Assembly: GCA_934177725.1 (NCBI GenBank)
Contig: CAKPPO010000005.1
Coordinates: forward strand, 94 to 64,093
Source of the DNA: an uncultured Clostridia bacterium
GTDB taxonomy: Bacteria > Bacillota > Clostridia > TANB77 > CAG-508
Reading direction: 5' to 3'
DNA length: 64,000 bases
Positions within the stretch are counted from its first letter, which is position 1; every line of letters starts with the position of its first letter. A model generated the notes under the pieces. That model was given only the letters and a program-made list of their open reading frames with translations. It did not search any database and was not told the DNA's origin. Made by a program: the position numbers and the translations under genes. Of this stretch, positions 30,087 through 40,442 are shown piece by piece.

Positions 30087-30742
30087 TGTTTTAAACTATC
30101 TATTGCTTTCTTAAAGTCTTCTAATTTTGCAATGTAATTTCCTGCAACTAATATATTTGCTCCTGCTTCTATTACTTGTTTAGCAGTTTCATTGTTTATT
30201 CCACCATCTACTTCTATATCTACTTCAAAACCATTTTCATAAATAAATTTGTTTAGTTCCTGAATTTTCTCTATTGTTTCTGGTAGAAATTTTTGTCCAC
30301 CTTTTCCAGGTTCTACAGACATTACCAATACTTTATGAATATAAGGAATGTATTTATATATATCTTCTATATTTGTTTTTGGCTTTAATGTTATGCCTGC
30401 CTTTATATTATTATCTTTAAGATATGAAATCCATTTTAAAGCCTCTTCTTCGTTTTTACAACTTTCTATATGAAATATAATAGATTGTACTCCCATATCT
30501 ATGTATTCTTTTAAATAAGGCTCTATATCTTCTACCATTAAATGCACATCTATTGGTGTATTTGAAACTTGTTTTATATATTCTGTATATTCTCTCATTT
30601 TTTCTATTGTATTGTTCTCAACAAATTTTCCATCCATAACATCTATATGAAAGTAATTTGTTCCTGCTACTTCTAAGTCATATATTGTTTTTATTATTTT
30701 TTCTTTTTCTATATCTAAAAGAGATGTTGCCACTTCTACCAT
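30080..30742 (-). CDS. rpe: ribulose-phosphate 3-epimerase
   Basis: HIDVMDGKFV, DVHLMV, MSVEPGKGGQKF and VDGG motifs. Confidence 0.9.
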   Translation of the reverse strand: MVEVATSLLDIEKEKIIKTIYDLEVAGTNYFHIDVMDGKFVENNTIEKMREYTEYIKQVSNTPIDVHLMVEDIEPYLKEYIDMGVQSIIFHIESCKNEEEALKWISYLKDNNIKAGITLKPKTNIEDIYKYIPYIHKVLVMSVEPGKGGQKFLPETIEKIQELNKFIYENGFEVDIEVDGGINNETAKQVIEAGANILVAGNYIAKLEDFKKAIDSLKQK

Positions 30743-31617
30743 TTACGTTCCTCCTTTTGTTTTAATTCTTCCATTATTTTGCAATATCTTTCATATCTTT
30801 GCTCACTTATTTTGCCTTCTTCTATTGCTTTTTTTATTCCACAATTTTGTTCTTTTATATGTTCACAATCTGTGTATTCACAATTAGGTAAATATTGTTT
30901 AAACTCTTTAAAATAATGGCATAAATCTTCGCTTTCTATTTCTTCTATTGTAAAAGTAGAAAAGCCTGGTGTATCTGCAATATATCCATTATCTATTTCA
31001 TACAAAGTTACACTTGTTGTAGTATTTTTTCCTTTTTGATTTTTTAAGCTTATATCGCCTTCAAGAGTTTTTGTCTCACTAAACAAACTATTAATTAGTG
31101 TTGATTTTCCTACTCCTGAATTTCCTGAGAATGCTGTAATATTGCCTTTTAAAACTTTTCTTAGTTCTTCTATTCCTTTTCCTTCTTTTGCAATTGTGTC
31201 TATAACTTTGTAGCCTATTTTTTCATATACTTCATGTATATTTTTTAGTATTTCTTCGTTTCCTAAATCTACTTTATTTATACATATTATTGGAGTTATT
31301 TTTAAATATTCCGCATATGCTAGTTGTTTATCTAACAATAATAAATCTGGTTTTGGAGATTTTAAAGAAACTACCAATACTATCTGTGTTAAATTTGCAA
31401 GTTTTGGTCTTTTTGAATACATGATTCTATCTAATACTTTAGTTATCATTCCTTTATTGGGTTCGTTTTCTATTGTTTCAATTTCTACATAATCTCCAAC
31501 TACTGGTGTAAGTTCTGTTTGTTTTATTTTTCCCATTGGCTTACACTCTATTATTTTGTCTTCATTTTTTACTTCATATAAATTTGAAATATTACTTATT
31601 ATTAATCCTTTTGGCAT
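30736..31617 (-). CDS. rsgA: ribosome small-subunit-dependent GTPase A
   Basis: Circularly permuted GTPase (NKVDL ... GNSGVGKSTLIN) and a C-terminal zinc knuckle CxxxxCxHxxxxxC. Confidence 0.92.
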   Translation of the reverse strand: MPKGLIISNISNLYEVKNEDKIIECKPMGKIKQTELTPVVGDYVEIETIENEPNKGMITKVLDRIMYSKRPKLANLTQIVLVVSLKSPKPDLLLLDKQLAYAEYLKITPIICINKVDLGNEEILKNIHEVYEKIGYKVIDTIAKEGKGIEELRKVLKGNITAFSGNSGVGKSTLINSLFSETKTLEGDISLKNQKGKNTTTSVTLYEIDNGYIADTPGFSTFTIEEIESEDLCHYFKEFKQYLPNCEYTDCEHIKEQNCGIKKAIEEGKISEQRYERYCKIMEELKQKEERKW

Positions 31618-31761
31618 ATTTAATCTCTTTCAGTTGAAAAAAATAAATTATTTTCCAACCTTACTTTCTTTTTATTTTTTAAGAGGACTGGTAATTTTTT
31701 TTCCAATCCTCTATTTTTTTATAGCGTAGTAAAATTTCTAATTACAATAAAATTGCAATTT

Positions 31762-33726
31762 TTACTCAAAAGTGACTACTGGACTTGAACTATTTAAATC
31801 TAGATTTTTTGTACCTTTTAATACATCATCTACATAAACTTTCACTTCTACAGTTCCTTTTCCTTGAATTGATGCTGTAATTTTAGTAGTGTCCTTTGCT
31901 TTTTCTTCATTATATACAGTATCTCCATTTACAGTAATTTTTACTTGTACTTTTGGAACAGTTACTTCTTCATTTGTTGAAGTTGGTTTTGAATAATTTA
32001 AAATTGATTTTAAATTAACATTTACTGTACCTTTCTTTACTTCTGAAATTTTATTTACTGTAAGAATTATTGTAGTTCCTTCATCTACTACTTCACCTAC
32101 ATCTTTACTTTGTTTTAATACTATTCCATTTGTTTTTGATGTATCTTCGTCATATTTTACTTCTACTTTTAATTTTGCATCTTCTAGTTCTTTTCTAGCA
32201 TCTGCTTCTGTTTTACCTACAACAAATGTTACAGGTACTTGTTCTAATCCATTTCCTATACTTACATATACTTTTACAGTTTCTCCCGCTTTCATTTCTG
32301 TATTTTCCGCAGGATCTTGTCTTGTAACATAGCCTTCTTTTATTTTGTCACTTTTTTCTTCTATTTTCTCTATTTCTAATTTTTTAGCAATTATTTCTTT
32401 TTCAGCTTCTGAATATTCCATTCCTGCTACCTTTGGAACTGTAGTTAACTCTGTTCCTTTGCTAATTGTTAAAGATATTTTTGAGTTTTCTTTTATTGTA
32501 AAGTTCTTTCTATAAGCTGGATTTTGAGCGCTTACTTTTCCTGCTTCAACTTCACTATTATATTCCTCTGCTGCTATTTCATAAGTGAATTTAGTTCCTT
32601 TTAATTTTTCTTTAACTTCATCCTCTGTTAGTCCAACTAACTCTGGAATTTCTACATTTTTTATTGTTCCTGCATCCATTGCTATTTTTGTAATAAATAT
32701 TGTTACTATAAATACAAGTATGCATATAGCAACTAATGCTACAATTTTCATTTTAGGATGTTTTTCAAAATATTGTTTTAGTTTACTTTTTTTCTTATGA
32801 TTTTCTTTATTTTTATTATTTTCAAGCATTTCATCAGTAATTGTTCCCATTACTTGAGTACGATTCATATCTATTTTTTGGTTTTCTACAAAATCACCTT
32901 CTGGATTTTTTAATGCTGCATTTAAATCCTTAAGCATTTCTGTAGCTGATTGGTATCGTTCACTTGGCTCTTTTCTCATTGCTTTCATTATAATTTGATT
33001 AACAGCAAGTGGAATACTTGGATTTAATTTTATAGGTTCTACTGGTTTTTCTTGCATATGTTTTAATGCAATAGAAACTGGTGTATCTGCATCAAATGGT
33101 ACTCGCCCTGTTAACATTTCATACATTACAACGCCTAAAGAATAAAGGTCAGATTTTGCATCTGTATATCCTCCTCTTGCATGCTCTGGTGAAAAATAAT
33201 GTACAGAACCAATTGTTGTTCCAAAAGCTGTAATAGTAGAATTTGAGACTGCTTTTGCAATACCAAAATCTGTTACTTTTGCAACTCCATCTTCTGTTAT
33301 AATTATATTATGTGGTTTTATATCACGATGCACTATGTTATTTTTGTGTGCTGCTTCTAATGCTGAGGCTATTTGAATAGCAATATTTATAGACCACTTC
33401 CAAGGAAGTATACCACTTTCTGATATTATTTGTTTTAAAGTTTTTCCTTGTATTAATTCCATTACTATATAGTATATGTTGTCTTCATGTCCTACATCAT
33501 AAACAGATACAATGTTAGGATGTGTAAGACCTGCAGCTGATTGTGCTTCTATATTAAATCTACGAATAAATTCTTCATCTGTTGTAAATTCTTCTTTTAA
33601 AACTTTAACGGCAACAAATCTATTTAAAACATGACATTTTGCTTTATATACTGTTGCCATTCCTCCGTTTCCAATTTTCTCTAGGATTTCATATCTGCTT
33701 CCTATATATTTTCCTACTAAATCCAT
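31762..33726 (-). CDS. prkC: Ser/Thr protein kinase with PASTA repeats
   Basis: Kinase motifs GGMATVYKA, HRDIKPHN, DFGIA. One TM helix, then three PASTA-like repeats. Confidence 0.93.
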   Translation of the reverse strand: MDLVGKYIGSRYEILEKIGNGGMATVYKAKCHVLNRFVAVKVLKEEFTTDEEFIRRFNIEAQSAAGLTHPNIVSVYDVGHEDNIYYIVMELIQGKTLKQIISESGILPWKWSINIAIQIASALEAAHKNNIVHRDIKPHNIIITEDGVAKVTDFGIAKAVSNSTITAFGTTIGSVHYFSPEHARGGYTDAKSDLYSLGVVMYEMLTGRVPFDADTPVSIALKHMQEKPVEPIKLNPSIPLAVNQIIMKAMRKEPSERYQSATEMLKDLNAALKNPEGDFVENQKIDMNRTQVMGTITDEMLENNKNKENHKKKSKLKQYFEKHPKMKIVALVAICILVFIVTIFITKIAMDAGTIKNVEIPELVGLTEDEVKEKLKGTKFTYEIAAEEYNSEVEAGKVSAQNPAYRKNFTIKENSKISLTISKGTELTTVPKVAGMEYSEAEKEIIAKKLEIEKIEEKSDKIKEGYVTRQDPAENTEMKAGETVKVYVSIGNGLEQVPVTFVVGKTEADARKELEDAKLKVEVKYDEDTSKTNGIVLKQSKDVGEVVDEGTTIILTVNKISEVKKGTVNVNLKSILNYSKPTSTNEEVTVPKVQVKITVNGDTVYNEEKAKDTTKITASIQGKGTVEVKVYVDDVLKGTKNLDLNSSSPVVTFE

Positions 33727-33746
33727 TTTTCTAATCTCTCCCTTGT

Positions 33747-34472
33747 TTATCTTATTACAATAGCTGTAATATTATCATAGCCTCCATTTTCGTTTGCTTT
33801 TTCTACTAATTTTTCTGCGGCTAATGTACCTTCTTTTTTTAGAATATTGTATATTTCTTGTTCTTCTACCATATTTGTTAAACCATCACTGCATATTAGT
33901 ATAATGTCATCTTTTATAAATCCTTTAACTGTTACATCTGGTTCTACAAATGCTGTACATCCTAATGCTTTCATAAGCATGTTCTTTTTTGGATGATGGT
34001 CAGCTTCTTCTTGGGTAATAGTTCCATCTTTAACTAATTTTTGTACATAACTATGATCATGAGTTAATTTTCTAAAAAATTCTCCTCTTAATCTATATAT
34101 TCTACTATCTCCTACATGTCCTAAATATAGCTTACTATTATATATTAAACATACCTCTAAAGTAGTACCCATTCCTTCCAATTCTTTTTGTTCTTTGGAT
34201 TTTTCATATACCACCATGTTAGCATATTCCATTGCACTTTTTACTAGTTTTAGTATGTCTTCTCTTTCTTTTGGTATATCTTCAAAGTTATTTTGTATAT
34301 AACTTAAAGCTGTAGTTGTAGCTAATTTACTAGCAATTTCTCCTCCATTATATCCACCCATTCCATCTGCTAAAATATATATTTTTAGTGGATCTTCTGG
34401 ACCAGATATATAATAATAATCTTGGTTCATATCTCTTGCTTTTCCAACATCAGTTTTTGCAAAAGCTCTCAT
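33747..34472 (-). CDS. stp: PP2C-family Ser/Thr phosphatase
   Basis: TDVGKARDMNQDYY...ADGMGG...DGLTN...GGYDNITAIV. Start moved to MRAFAKTD. Confidence 0.9.
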   Translation of the reverse strand: MRAFAKTDVGKARDMNQDYYYISGPEDPLKIYILADGMGGYNGGEIASKLATTTALSYIQNNFEDIPKEREDILKLVKSAMEYANMVVYEKSKEQKELEGMGTTLEVCLIYNSKLYLGHVGDSRIYRLRGEFFRKLTHDHSYVQKLVKDGTITQEEADHHPKKNMLMKALGCTAFVEPDVTVKGFIKDDIILICSDGLTNMVEEQEIYNILKKEGTLAAEKLVEKANENGGYDNITAIVIR

Positions 34473-34504
34473 TCGTTTTCTCCTATCTTGTTTAAATTTC
34501 TGAC

Positions 34505-34558
34505 GGCGACACATCTTTCCCTTCAGCATTTCTTAGATGTTAAGATATGTCCCACGCC
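34505..34558 (-). other. GC-rich imperfect hairpin in the rlmN-stp spacer
   Basis: GGCGACACATCTT (34505-34517) pairs with AAGATATGTCCCACGCC (34542-34558), with one mismatch and a 4-nt bulge. Confidence 0.5.
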
Positions 34559-34569
34559 GGGTATTTCTA

Positions 34570-35598
34570 TTATTCTATTTTTAGATTTTTTCTTCTTAAT
34601 TGTCCACATGCTGCATCTATATCTGAGCCTAGCTCTCTTCTAATAGTTGCTACTATTCCATGGTCATTTAAATAATCTCTAAATTTAATTATATTTTCAT
34701 TTGTACTTTTAGTATATTTCCCATTTTCTATTTTATTTATAGGTATTAAATTAACATGGCATAACATACCTTTTAATAGTTTTACTAATTCTTTAGCATC
34801 TTCTAGGTTGTCATTGTTATCTTTTGCTAAAGCATATTCAAAAGATATTCTTCTGTTTGTAACTTTTATATAATCTTTACAAGCCTGAATTAGTTCTTCT
34901 ATTTTGTATGCATTGTTTACCGGCATCATACTGCTTCTTTTTTCATTATTTGTTGCATGAAGTGAAATAGAAAGTGTACAAGGGATATTTTCCTTCGCTA
35001 AGTCATATATTCTTGGAACTAATCCACTTGTTGAAACACTAATATGTCTTGCCCCTATATTTAATCCTTTTGGATGATTTATAATATGTATTGCTTTTAT
35101 TACATTATCATAGTTATCTAATGGTTCTCCAATTCCCATAAATACAATATTTGATATTCTGTCACCAGTGTCTTGCTCTACGGCTATTAGCTGTTCAACG
35201 ATTTCTCCTGCTGTTAGACTTCTAACAAAAGGTATTCCTGTTGACGCGCAAAACTTGCATCCCATTTTGCAACCTATTTGCGAAGAAACGCATATTGTTT
35301 TTCCATGGTGATATTCCATAAGTACTGTTTCTATTGCATTTTCGTCTAGTACATCAAATAGATATTTTTTTGTGCCATCTGCAGATTCTAACTTTTTTAT
35401 AATGTTAAAATTGCACATTGTATAGTTTTGTTTAAGCTTTTCTCTTAATTCAATTGATAAGTTTGTCATTTCATCAAAGCTTTTTACTTTTTCTACATAT
35501 AACCAATGAAAAATTTGCTCTGCTCTAAATGGCTTTTCCCCTAATGCTTTTAGTTCTTCTTTCAATTCTTCAAAAGTATAATTTTTTATATTCTTCAT
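34570..35598 (-). CDS. rlmN: 23S rRNA/tRNA adenine-C2 methyltransferase RlmN (radical SAM)
   Basis: GCKMGCKFCAS cluster, MGIGEPLDN, C-terminal ACGQL. Start moved to MKNIKNYTF. Confidence 0.93.
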   Translation of the reverse strand: MKNIKNYTFEELKEELKALGEKPFRAEQIFHWLYVEKVKSFDEMTNLSIELREKLKQNYTMCNFNIIKKLESADGTKKYLFDVLDENAIETVLMEYHHGKTICVSSQIGCKMGCKFCASTGIPFVRSLTAGEIVEQLIAVEQDTGDRISNIVFMGIGEPLDNYDNVIKAIHIINHPKGLNIGARHISVSTSGLVPRIYDLAKENIPCTLSISLHATNNEKRSSMMPVNNAYKIEELIQACKDYIKVTNRRISFEYALAKDNNDNLEDAKELVKLLKGMLCHVNLIPINKIENGKYTKSTNENIIKFRDYLNDHGIVATIRRELGSDIDAACGQLRRKNLKIE

Positions 35599-35677
35599 TT
35601 TTCTCTTTTCCTTATTTCCGTATAATAAATTTATACCATAAAGTGTATAATATTTCAATAGTTTGAGTAAAAACTTT

Positions 35678-35720
35678 AAAAGACATCACTCTTATTTTAC
35701 CATAAAAATGATGTCTTTTA
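35678..35720 (-). terminator. hairpin at the 3' end of the TIR operon
   Basis: Minus strand reads TAAAAGACATCA-loop-TGATGTCTTTTA followed by AAGTTTTT. Confidence 0.45.
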
Positions 35721-35743
35721 TTTATATTACTATTTTTATATTA

Positions 35744-37276
35744 TTATTTAGTTCTATCTGAAAGCTTAAATATTTTTTCTCCTTCTCCTATATTATAATT
35801 TCCATTTACTTCTTTATCTGCATTTGTTATATTAATTTTTACTCCATCTTCTAATAACTCTAAAGTTCCTTCTCCTTTATTCATCCATGTATCTTTATAT
35901 GAAAATTCATAAATATTTCCTTTTAAAATAGCTTTTGATTCAATTCCTATAACTTTTCCGTTATTAGTATAATATGTTAAATTAAATTTAATTCCACTGC
36001 TATTTGCCTCTGTAATTTCTAATATATAGCCAGCAGGGATTTCTTCTCCATAAAATTCACTCATTTCTTTTTTTGTTTTGTCATACACTCCTACATACTT
36101 TTCTAATTGTTGAACTACACTTTCTCTTAATTTACTATTACATTTAAATATTTTGTCTTCACTATCTTTGTATTCACTTATTTCGTTAAAAATTGCCACA
36201 GCCTCATTATATTTTCCTTCTTGCATTAAGTTATTAGCTTTTCCATATTTAATTTCTGGAATAACTGTTTTTGTAATAACAATAAAGCCAATTATCAAAA
36301 TTAAAATTAAAGCTATTACAATAACAGAAATTTTTGCCATTTTTTTAAATTTTGCACTTTCTTTTTGCTTGCTTTTTGTACTCTTCTTATTTAAAGTAGC
36401 ATTTATTTTGTTTTTTAAATCTTCAATTATTCCTATTTTTCCTAAGTCCAATGCCTGTAAATATGCAAACTCTTCTGGTAAATCATATGGACTCATATCT
36501 TTATAAGTAGGTATTAATATTTTTGTATCATCTTCCTTTGCCAAACCTAGAAATCTACTCCACTCATTTTTTACCCATGGTGCTACATAGTTTTCTTTCT
36601 TAGTTCCTACAACAATCATTACTTTTGCAGATTTAAGTGCTGCATAAATATATGGCTCATATTCTGTTCCTAATTTATTTTCTAGTGTTATTTTTGCAAA
36701 GAATACTTTATACCCTTCTTTAGTTAGACTATTATATAAGTCTTGTGCAATTACGCTATCACTTGTCCTTTGTTTATTTTCATCTGTTTCTTTATAGCAA
36801 ATAAATATATCAAATGGTTCTTCTTTTTCTACAATTTCTATTGCATTTTTTTGAATTAAGTTTATTTTTTTTGCCTCTTCTTCATATATATTTTTTTGCT
36901 CATTATCTGCATATTTAATTGCATTTTTATAATTGTCGTCTACAAAAATACTTACTTTTTTTGTTCTATTACATGTAGGTATATATTTCTCGCTTTCTTT
37001 ATCTTTTACATATTGTACACCATATTCACATAAGACTAGTTGCCAATATACTTCACAATCTGTACTATCTTCATTTAAAGTTTCTTCAAGTAGTGCAATT
37101 GCTTTGTCATATTCATTATTTTCTTTGAAATGTAGTGCTCTTTCATATAGTCTTGTTTTCTTTTCATTTTTCACTTTAGGTAATACTTGTTCATTACCAC
37201 AATACTCACAAGTTACAATTCTTCTATTTTCTTCTATTTCTAAGTTTCCACCGCATATTTTACATTTAAATATCAT
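35744..37276 (-). CDS. zinc-ribbon / TIR-domain / single-TM protein, paralogue B
   Basis: CKICGG-x17-CEYCG, a helical linker and a TIR-like core FDIFICYKETDEN...KVFFAKITLE...SAKVMIVVGT...APWVKNEWSRFL. TM helix ISVIVIALILILIIGFIVI, then a unique C-terminal domain with an SEYKDS repeat. Confidence 0.8.
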   Translation of the reverse strand: MIFKCKICGGNLEIEENRRIVTCEYCGNEQVLPKVKNEKKTRLYERALHFKENNEYDKAIALLEETLNEDSTDCEVYWQLVLCEYGVQYVKDKESEKYIPTCNRTKKVSIFVDDNYKNAIKYADNEQKNIYEEEAKKINLIQKNAIEIVEKEEPFDIFICYKETDENKQRTSDSVIAQDLYNSLTKEGYKVFFAKITLENKLGTEYEPYIYAALKSAKVMIVVGTKKENYVAPWVKNEWSRFLGLAKEDDTKILIPTYKDMSPYDLPEEFAYLQALDLGKIGIIEDLKNKINATLNKKSTKSKQKESAKFKKMAKISVIVIALILILIIGFIVITKTVIPEIKYGKANNLMQEGKYNEAVAIFNEISEYKDSEDKIFKCNSKLRESVVQQLEKYVGVYDKTKKEMSEFYGEEIPAGYILEITEANSSGIKFNLTYYTNNGKVIGIESKAILKGNIYEFSYKDTWMNKGEGTLELLEDGVKINITNADKEVNGNYNIGEGEKIFKLSDRTK

Positions 37277-37287
37277 TTCTATTTACC

Positions 37288-38823
37288 TTACTTTCCATTA
37301 ATATAAAGTTCTTTCTTATATCCTGCAAAAAAATCATCATTATATATTTCTTCCCCAGTAAACACATTATATGTTCTTTCTTTTATTATATTTGAATCTT
37401 CTAGTCCTTTCCATTCTGCTGTTTCACCGCCCAATATTTTTTTGGCTTCTTTATATAGATTTACTGGCATTATAAGTTGGCTCATTTCTCCACTTCCATA
37501 TTTAGCTGGTGCACAAGCTATCATTGAAACATAATCATCTTCTTCAATATATCCGCTTTCATTATAAATTTCTATTCCTATTACACTTTCTGGTTCATAT
37601 TCACTAGTTTTAGTTATCCATCCTATTCCAAGACAAGTTTGTCCATCATAGCCATCATATGCATCTATTATTTTTGCCTCTATTCCATAATCTTTATAAT
37701 CTGAATTATTAATACTTTCCATGATTTTTTCTTTTAATTCACCTACTGTTATATTAAATGTATAACCAGATACTGCTGTGATATCTTGCTTTAATACTTT
37801 CTTTTGTTCTTCTTTAGTACTTGTATTTTTTCCAGCAGTAAAGGCAATAATTATAGCAATTGTAATTACCAAAAAAGCTACAATTGCAGCTATAATAAAT
37901 GGTGTTTTTTCATTTTTCTTTGCTTTTGGTTTTGAATTTATTATTTTCTTTACTCCGTATACTAAATCTTGTTCAAAACCTAATTTACTCATATCTTGTG
38001 ATTGTAAATAAGCAAATTCCTCTGGTAAATCATAAGCATCTATATTTTTAAAACATGGTATTATTGTTTTATTTTCTCCATTTTTTATTAAGGTTAAATA
38101 TCTACTCCATTCATTTTTTACCCATGGCGCTTCAAAATACTCTTTTTGAGTTCCTATTACAATCATAACCTTTGCTGAGTTTAAAGCTGCATATATATAT
38201 GGCTCATAACTTTCACCAATCTTATTTTCTAAAGTTATTTTTGAGAAAAATACTTTAAATCCTTCTTTTTGTAATTGATAGTATAGTTCTTGTGCTATAA
38301 CACTGTCTTGTGTTCTTTGCCCATTTTCATCTGTTTCTTTATAGCATATAAATACATCAAAATTGCTTTCCTTATTTGCTATTTCAAGAATTCCTTTTTG
38401 TATATTATTAATTTTTTCTGCTTCCGCTTTATATAATTTTTCTTGCTCTTCATTTGCATATTTTAATGCTTGTTTATAGTTTTCATTTGAAAAAATGGAG
38501 ATTTTTTGTGTCCTATTGCACGTAGGTATATATTCATCTGTTTTTGGGTCTTTTACATATGTTATTCCATATTCACACAAAACTAATGACCAATATGCTT
38601 CTGCATCTTTGCTATCTTCATTTAATATCATATTATATAAATTTTCTGCTTTATCATATTCATTATTTTGTCTAAAATGATTTGCTCTATCATATAAGTT
38701 TGTTACTTTATCATTTTCTAATTTTGGTAATGTTTGTTTTGTTCCACAGTACTCACAAGTTGCTATTGTACTGTTCTTTTCTATTTCTAAATTTCCTCCA
38801 CATATTTTACATTTAAATATCAT
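37288..38823 (-). CDS. zinc-ribbon / TIR-domain / single-TM protein, paralogue A
   Basis: Same N-terminal architecture. The first ~300 aa align with paralogue B and the first 24 nt are identical, with about 80% identity over the first 50. TM helix FIIAAIVAFLVITIAIIIAF. The C-terminal ~170 aa are unrelated. Confidence 0.8.
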   Translation of the reverse strand: MIFKCKICGGNLEIEKNSTIATCEYCGTKQTLPKLENDKVTNLYDRANHFRQNNEYDKAENLYNMILNEDSKDAEAYWSLVLCEYGITYVKDPKTDEYIPTCNRTQKISIFSNENYKQALKYANEEQEKLYKAEAEKINNIQKGILEIANKESNFDVFICYKETDENGQRTQDSVIAQELYYQLQKEGFKVFFSKITLENKIGESYEPYIYAALNSAKVMIVIGTQKEYFEAPWVKNEWSRYLTLIKNGENKTIIPCFKNIDAYDLPEEFAYLQSQDMSKLGFEQDLVYGVKKIINSKPKAKKNEKTPFIIAAIVAFLVITIAIIIAFTAGKNTSTKEEQKKVLKQDITAVSGYTFNITVGELKEKIMESINNSDYKDYGIEAKIIDAYDGYDGQTCLGIGWITKTSEYEPESVIGIEIYNESGYIEEDDYVSMIACAPAKYGSGEMSQLIMPVNLYKEAKKILGGETAEWKGLEDSNIIKERTYNVFTGEEIYNDDFFAGYKKELYINGK

Positions 38824-38838
38824 ATTTTTCTCCTCATA

Positions 38839-40428
38839 TTAATCTAAATTTAACCAAATTGAAGGTCTTACACCATGTAACCTAGTTACAATATCTCCTT
38901 CTTTTACTATACGTCCATTTGAATTTACATACATTGCCTTTGTTGTTTCATCTCCACTTGTACTTAACCACCAAGTTGTATTTGCATTTTTTAATTTTTT
39001 ATATTCTTTTACTTCATCATTTGATAATAAAAATACATTATCACTTTCATTTGCTAATATTTTTTCTTTTTCCGTTTTATCAAAAGTATTATAAAAATCT
39101 TCATTTAACCATTTTCTTATTGTTGAACCTTCCCAATCTATTGTTTTATATTCTGTATTATATGCCATTTCATCAATAGCATCTTTTGTAATTAATAATA
39201 CTTTATTTTCTTGCATATCCAATATTTGCCATGCAATTGGGCTTCCATTATATTTACCAAAATAAATAACATCTTTTTCTCCAAATAAGTTATAGATTTC
39301 TATTACTCTATCTTTAGAATCTTTATAGTTATCTAGTCTTAAAAAATTCCAAGCAGCATTTGTATAATCTTTATTTTTTAATAATTCAGTTGCATTTTGA
39401 TAAATAGACTCTTTTATTCTTTCACTACTATCTTTATATTTAGCTATCTTACCAAATTCAATTTCTGCATTTGAATAATCTTTTGCATCAAATAATTCGA
39501 TAGCATGTGTATATGTAATTTCTGTTTGCTTTTCTTTGCTATCTTTATAGTCTCCCAATTCATTAAATTTTATTTTTGCTTGTTCATATTGTTTATTATT
39601 GTATAAATTCATTGCTTCGTCATATTGTTTGTTAGGAATTAGTATAGTAAAATATAAAGCAACTAATACTATTATTAAAACTACAACTATTACTATAATA
39701 GATATTATTAATTTAAAATTTAATGGCTTTTGTGGTTTTTCTTCTTGTTCTGGTTGGTTTTTATATATTTTAGCTTTTCTATTTCTTTCTGCAAAAAGAC
39801 TTTGTAAATCATTACAAATTTGCTTTATTTCTTCATTATTATCTACTGTTTGAACTAACTTTTGGACTTTAACATTTATTTGATTTTCTATTGTTGCTAA
39901 TTGTGAGTGGCTCATTGGGTCACTAAATCTAATTGTTTCTGCTAATGAATTCACTTCTTTTTTTGTTGCTTCATCAGATATTTTATTTGCAAATAATTCT
40001 ACTTCTGACTGAAGTTCTTTTATAAAAAATACTTTTTCTTTAACTTTTTCTTCTACTCTTTGTATTTCATTTTTTCCTGCATTTATAATTGCAAAGCCAA
40101 TAATAGTTAATGCAAGTATTATAATATTTATTAAAATAGAATATCTGTAATTTAATGGGTAAAATATTTCTACAAATCCCATTATCAATTGTATTATTAA
40201 GTATGTTCTTGCAATATAAACTGTAGGCATACTTTTAAATTTTCTTTCAATTGATTGTTTATCTAATGCTCCTAATATAACTAAGCTTGAAATTATGACA
40301 GCCAAATTTGAGAAGCAATATGCTACCCAAAATGTTGCATTTTTTTCGCTTGGAATTAAAAATGCAACTGCATTATATACTGCTAATAAAACTAAAGATA
40401 TTATTATTGTTTGTTTTCTTGTTTTCAT
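38839..40428 (-). CDS. multi-pass membrane protein with a coiled coil, xYKDS helical repeats and a DUF6273-like C-terminus
   Basis: Four N-terminal TM helices, a coiled-coil segment and a fifth TM helix. Three repeats end in GDYKDS, AKYKDS and DNYKDS. The C-terminus has WWLSTSG...GVRPSIWL. Confidence 0.6.
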   Translation of the reverse strand: MKTRKQTIIISLVLLAVYNAVAFLIPSEKNATFWVAYCFSNLAVIISSLVILGALDKQSIERKFKSMPTVYIARTYLIIQLIMGFVEIFYPLNYRYSILINIIILALTIIGFAIINAGKNEIQRVEEKVKEKVFFIKELQSEVELFANKISDEATKKEVNSLAETIRFSDPMSHSQLATIENQINVKVQKLVQTVDNNEEIKQICNDLQSLFAERNRKAKIYKNQPEQEEKPQKPLNFKLIISIIVIVVVLIIVLVALYFTILIPNKQYDEAMNLYNNKQYEQAKIKFNELGDYKDSKEKQTEITYTHAIELFDAKDYSNAEIEFGKIAKYKDSSERIKESIYQNATELLKNKDYTNAAWNFLRLDNYKDSKDRVIEIYNLFGEKDVIYFGKYNGSPIAWQILDMQENKVLLITKDAIDEMAYNTEYKTIDWEGSTIRKWLNEDFYNTFDKTEKEKILANESDNVFLLSNDEVKEYKKLKNANTTWWLSTSGDETTKAMYVNSNGRIVKEGDIVTRLHGVRPSIWLNLD

Positions 40429-40442
40429 TATTTTTTCTCTCC

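Noticed and set aside
31618-31761. Hairpin AGAGGACTGG...CCAATCCTCT between prkC and rsgA as a regulatory element
   Set aside because: It has only a short imperfect stem. The T-run is on the plus strand, where no gene is being terminated. No repeat-family membership was found, so it is too weak to call.
34473-34529. Longer start codons given by the ORF track for stp. The same applies to rlmN, hpf, rpsT, rpmB, mcsA, clpC and the first SASP gene.
   Set aside because: The extended starts are GTG/TTG/ATG codons lying inside or upstream of the real Shine-Dalgarno sequence. The conserved protein N-termini begin at the internal ATGs used in the feature list.
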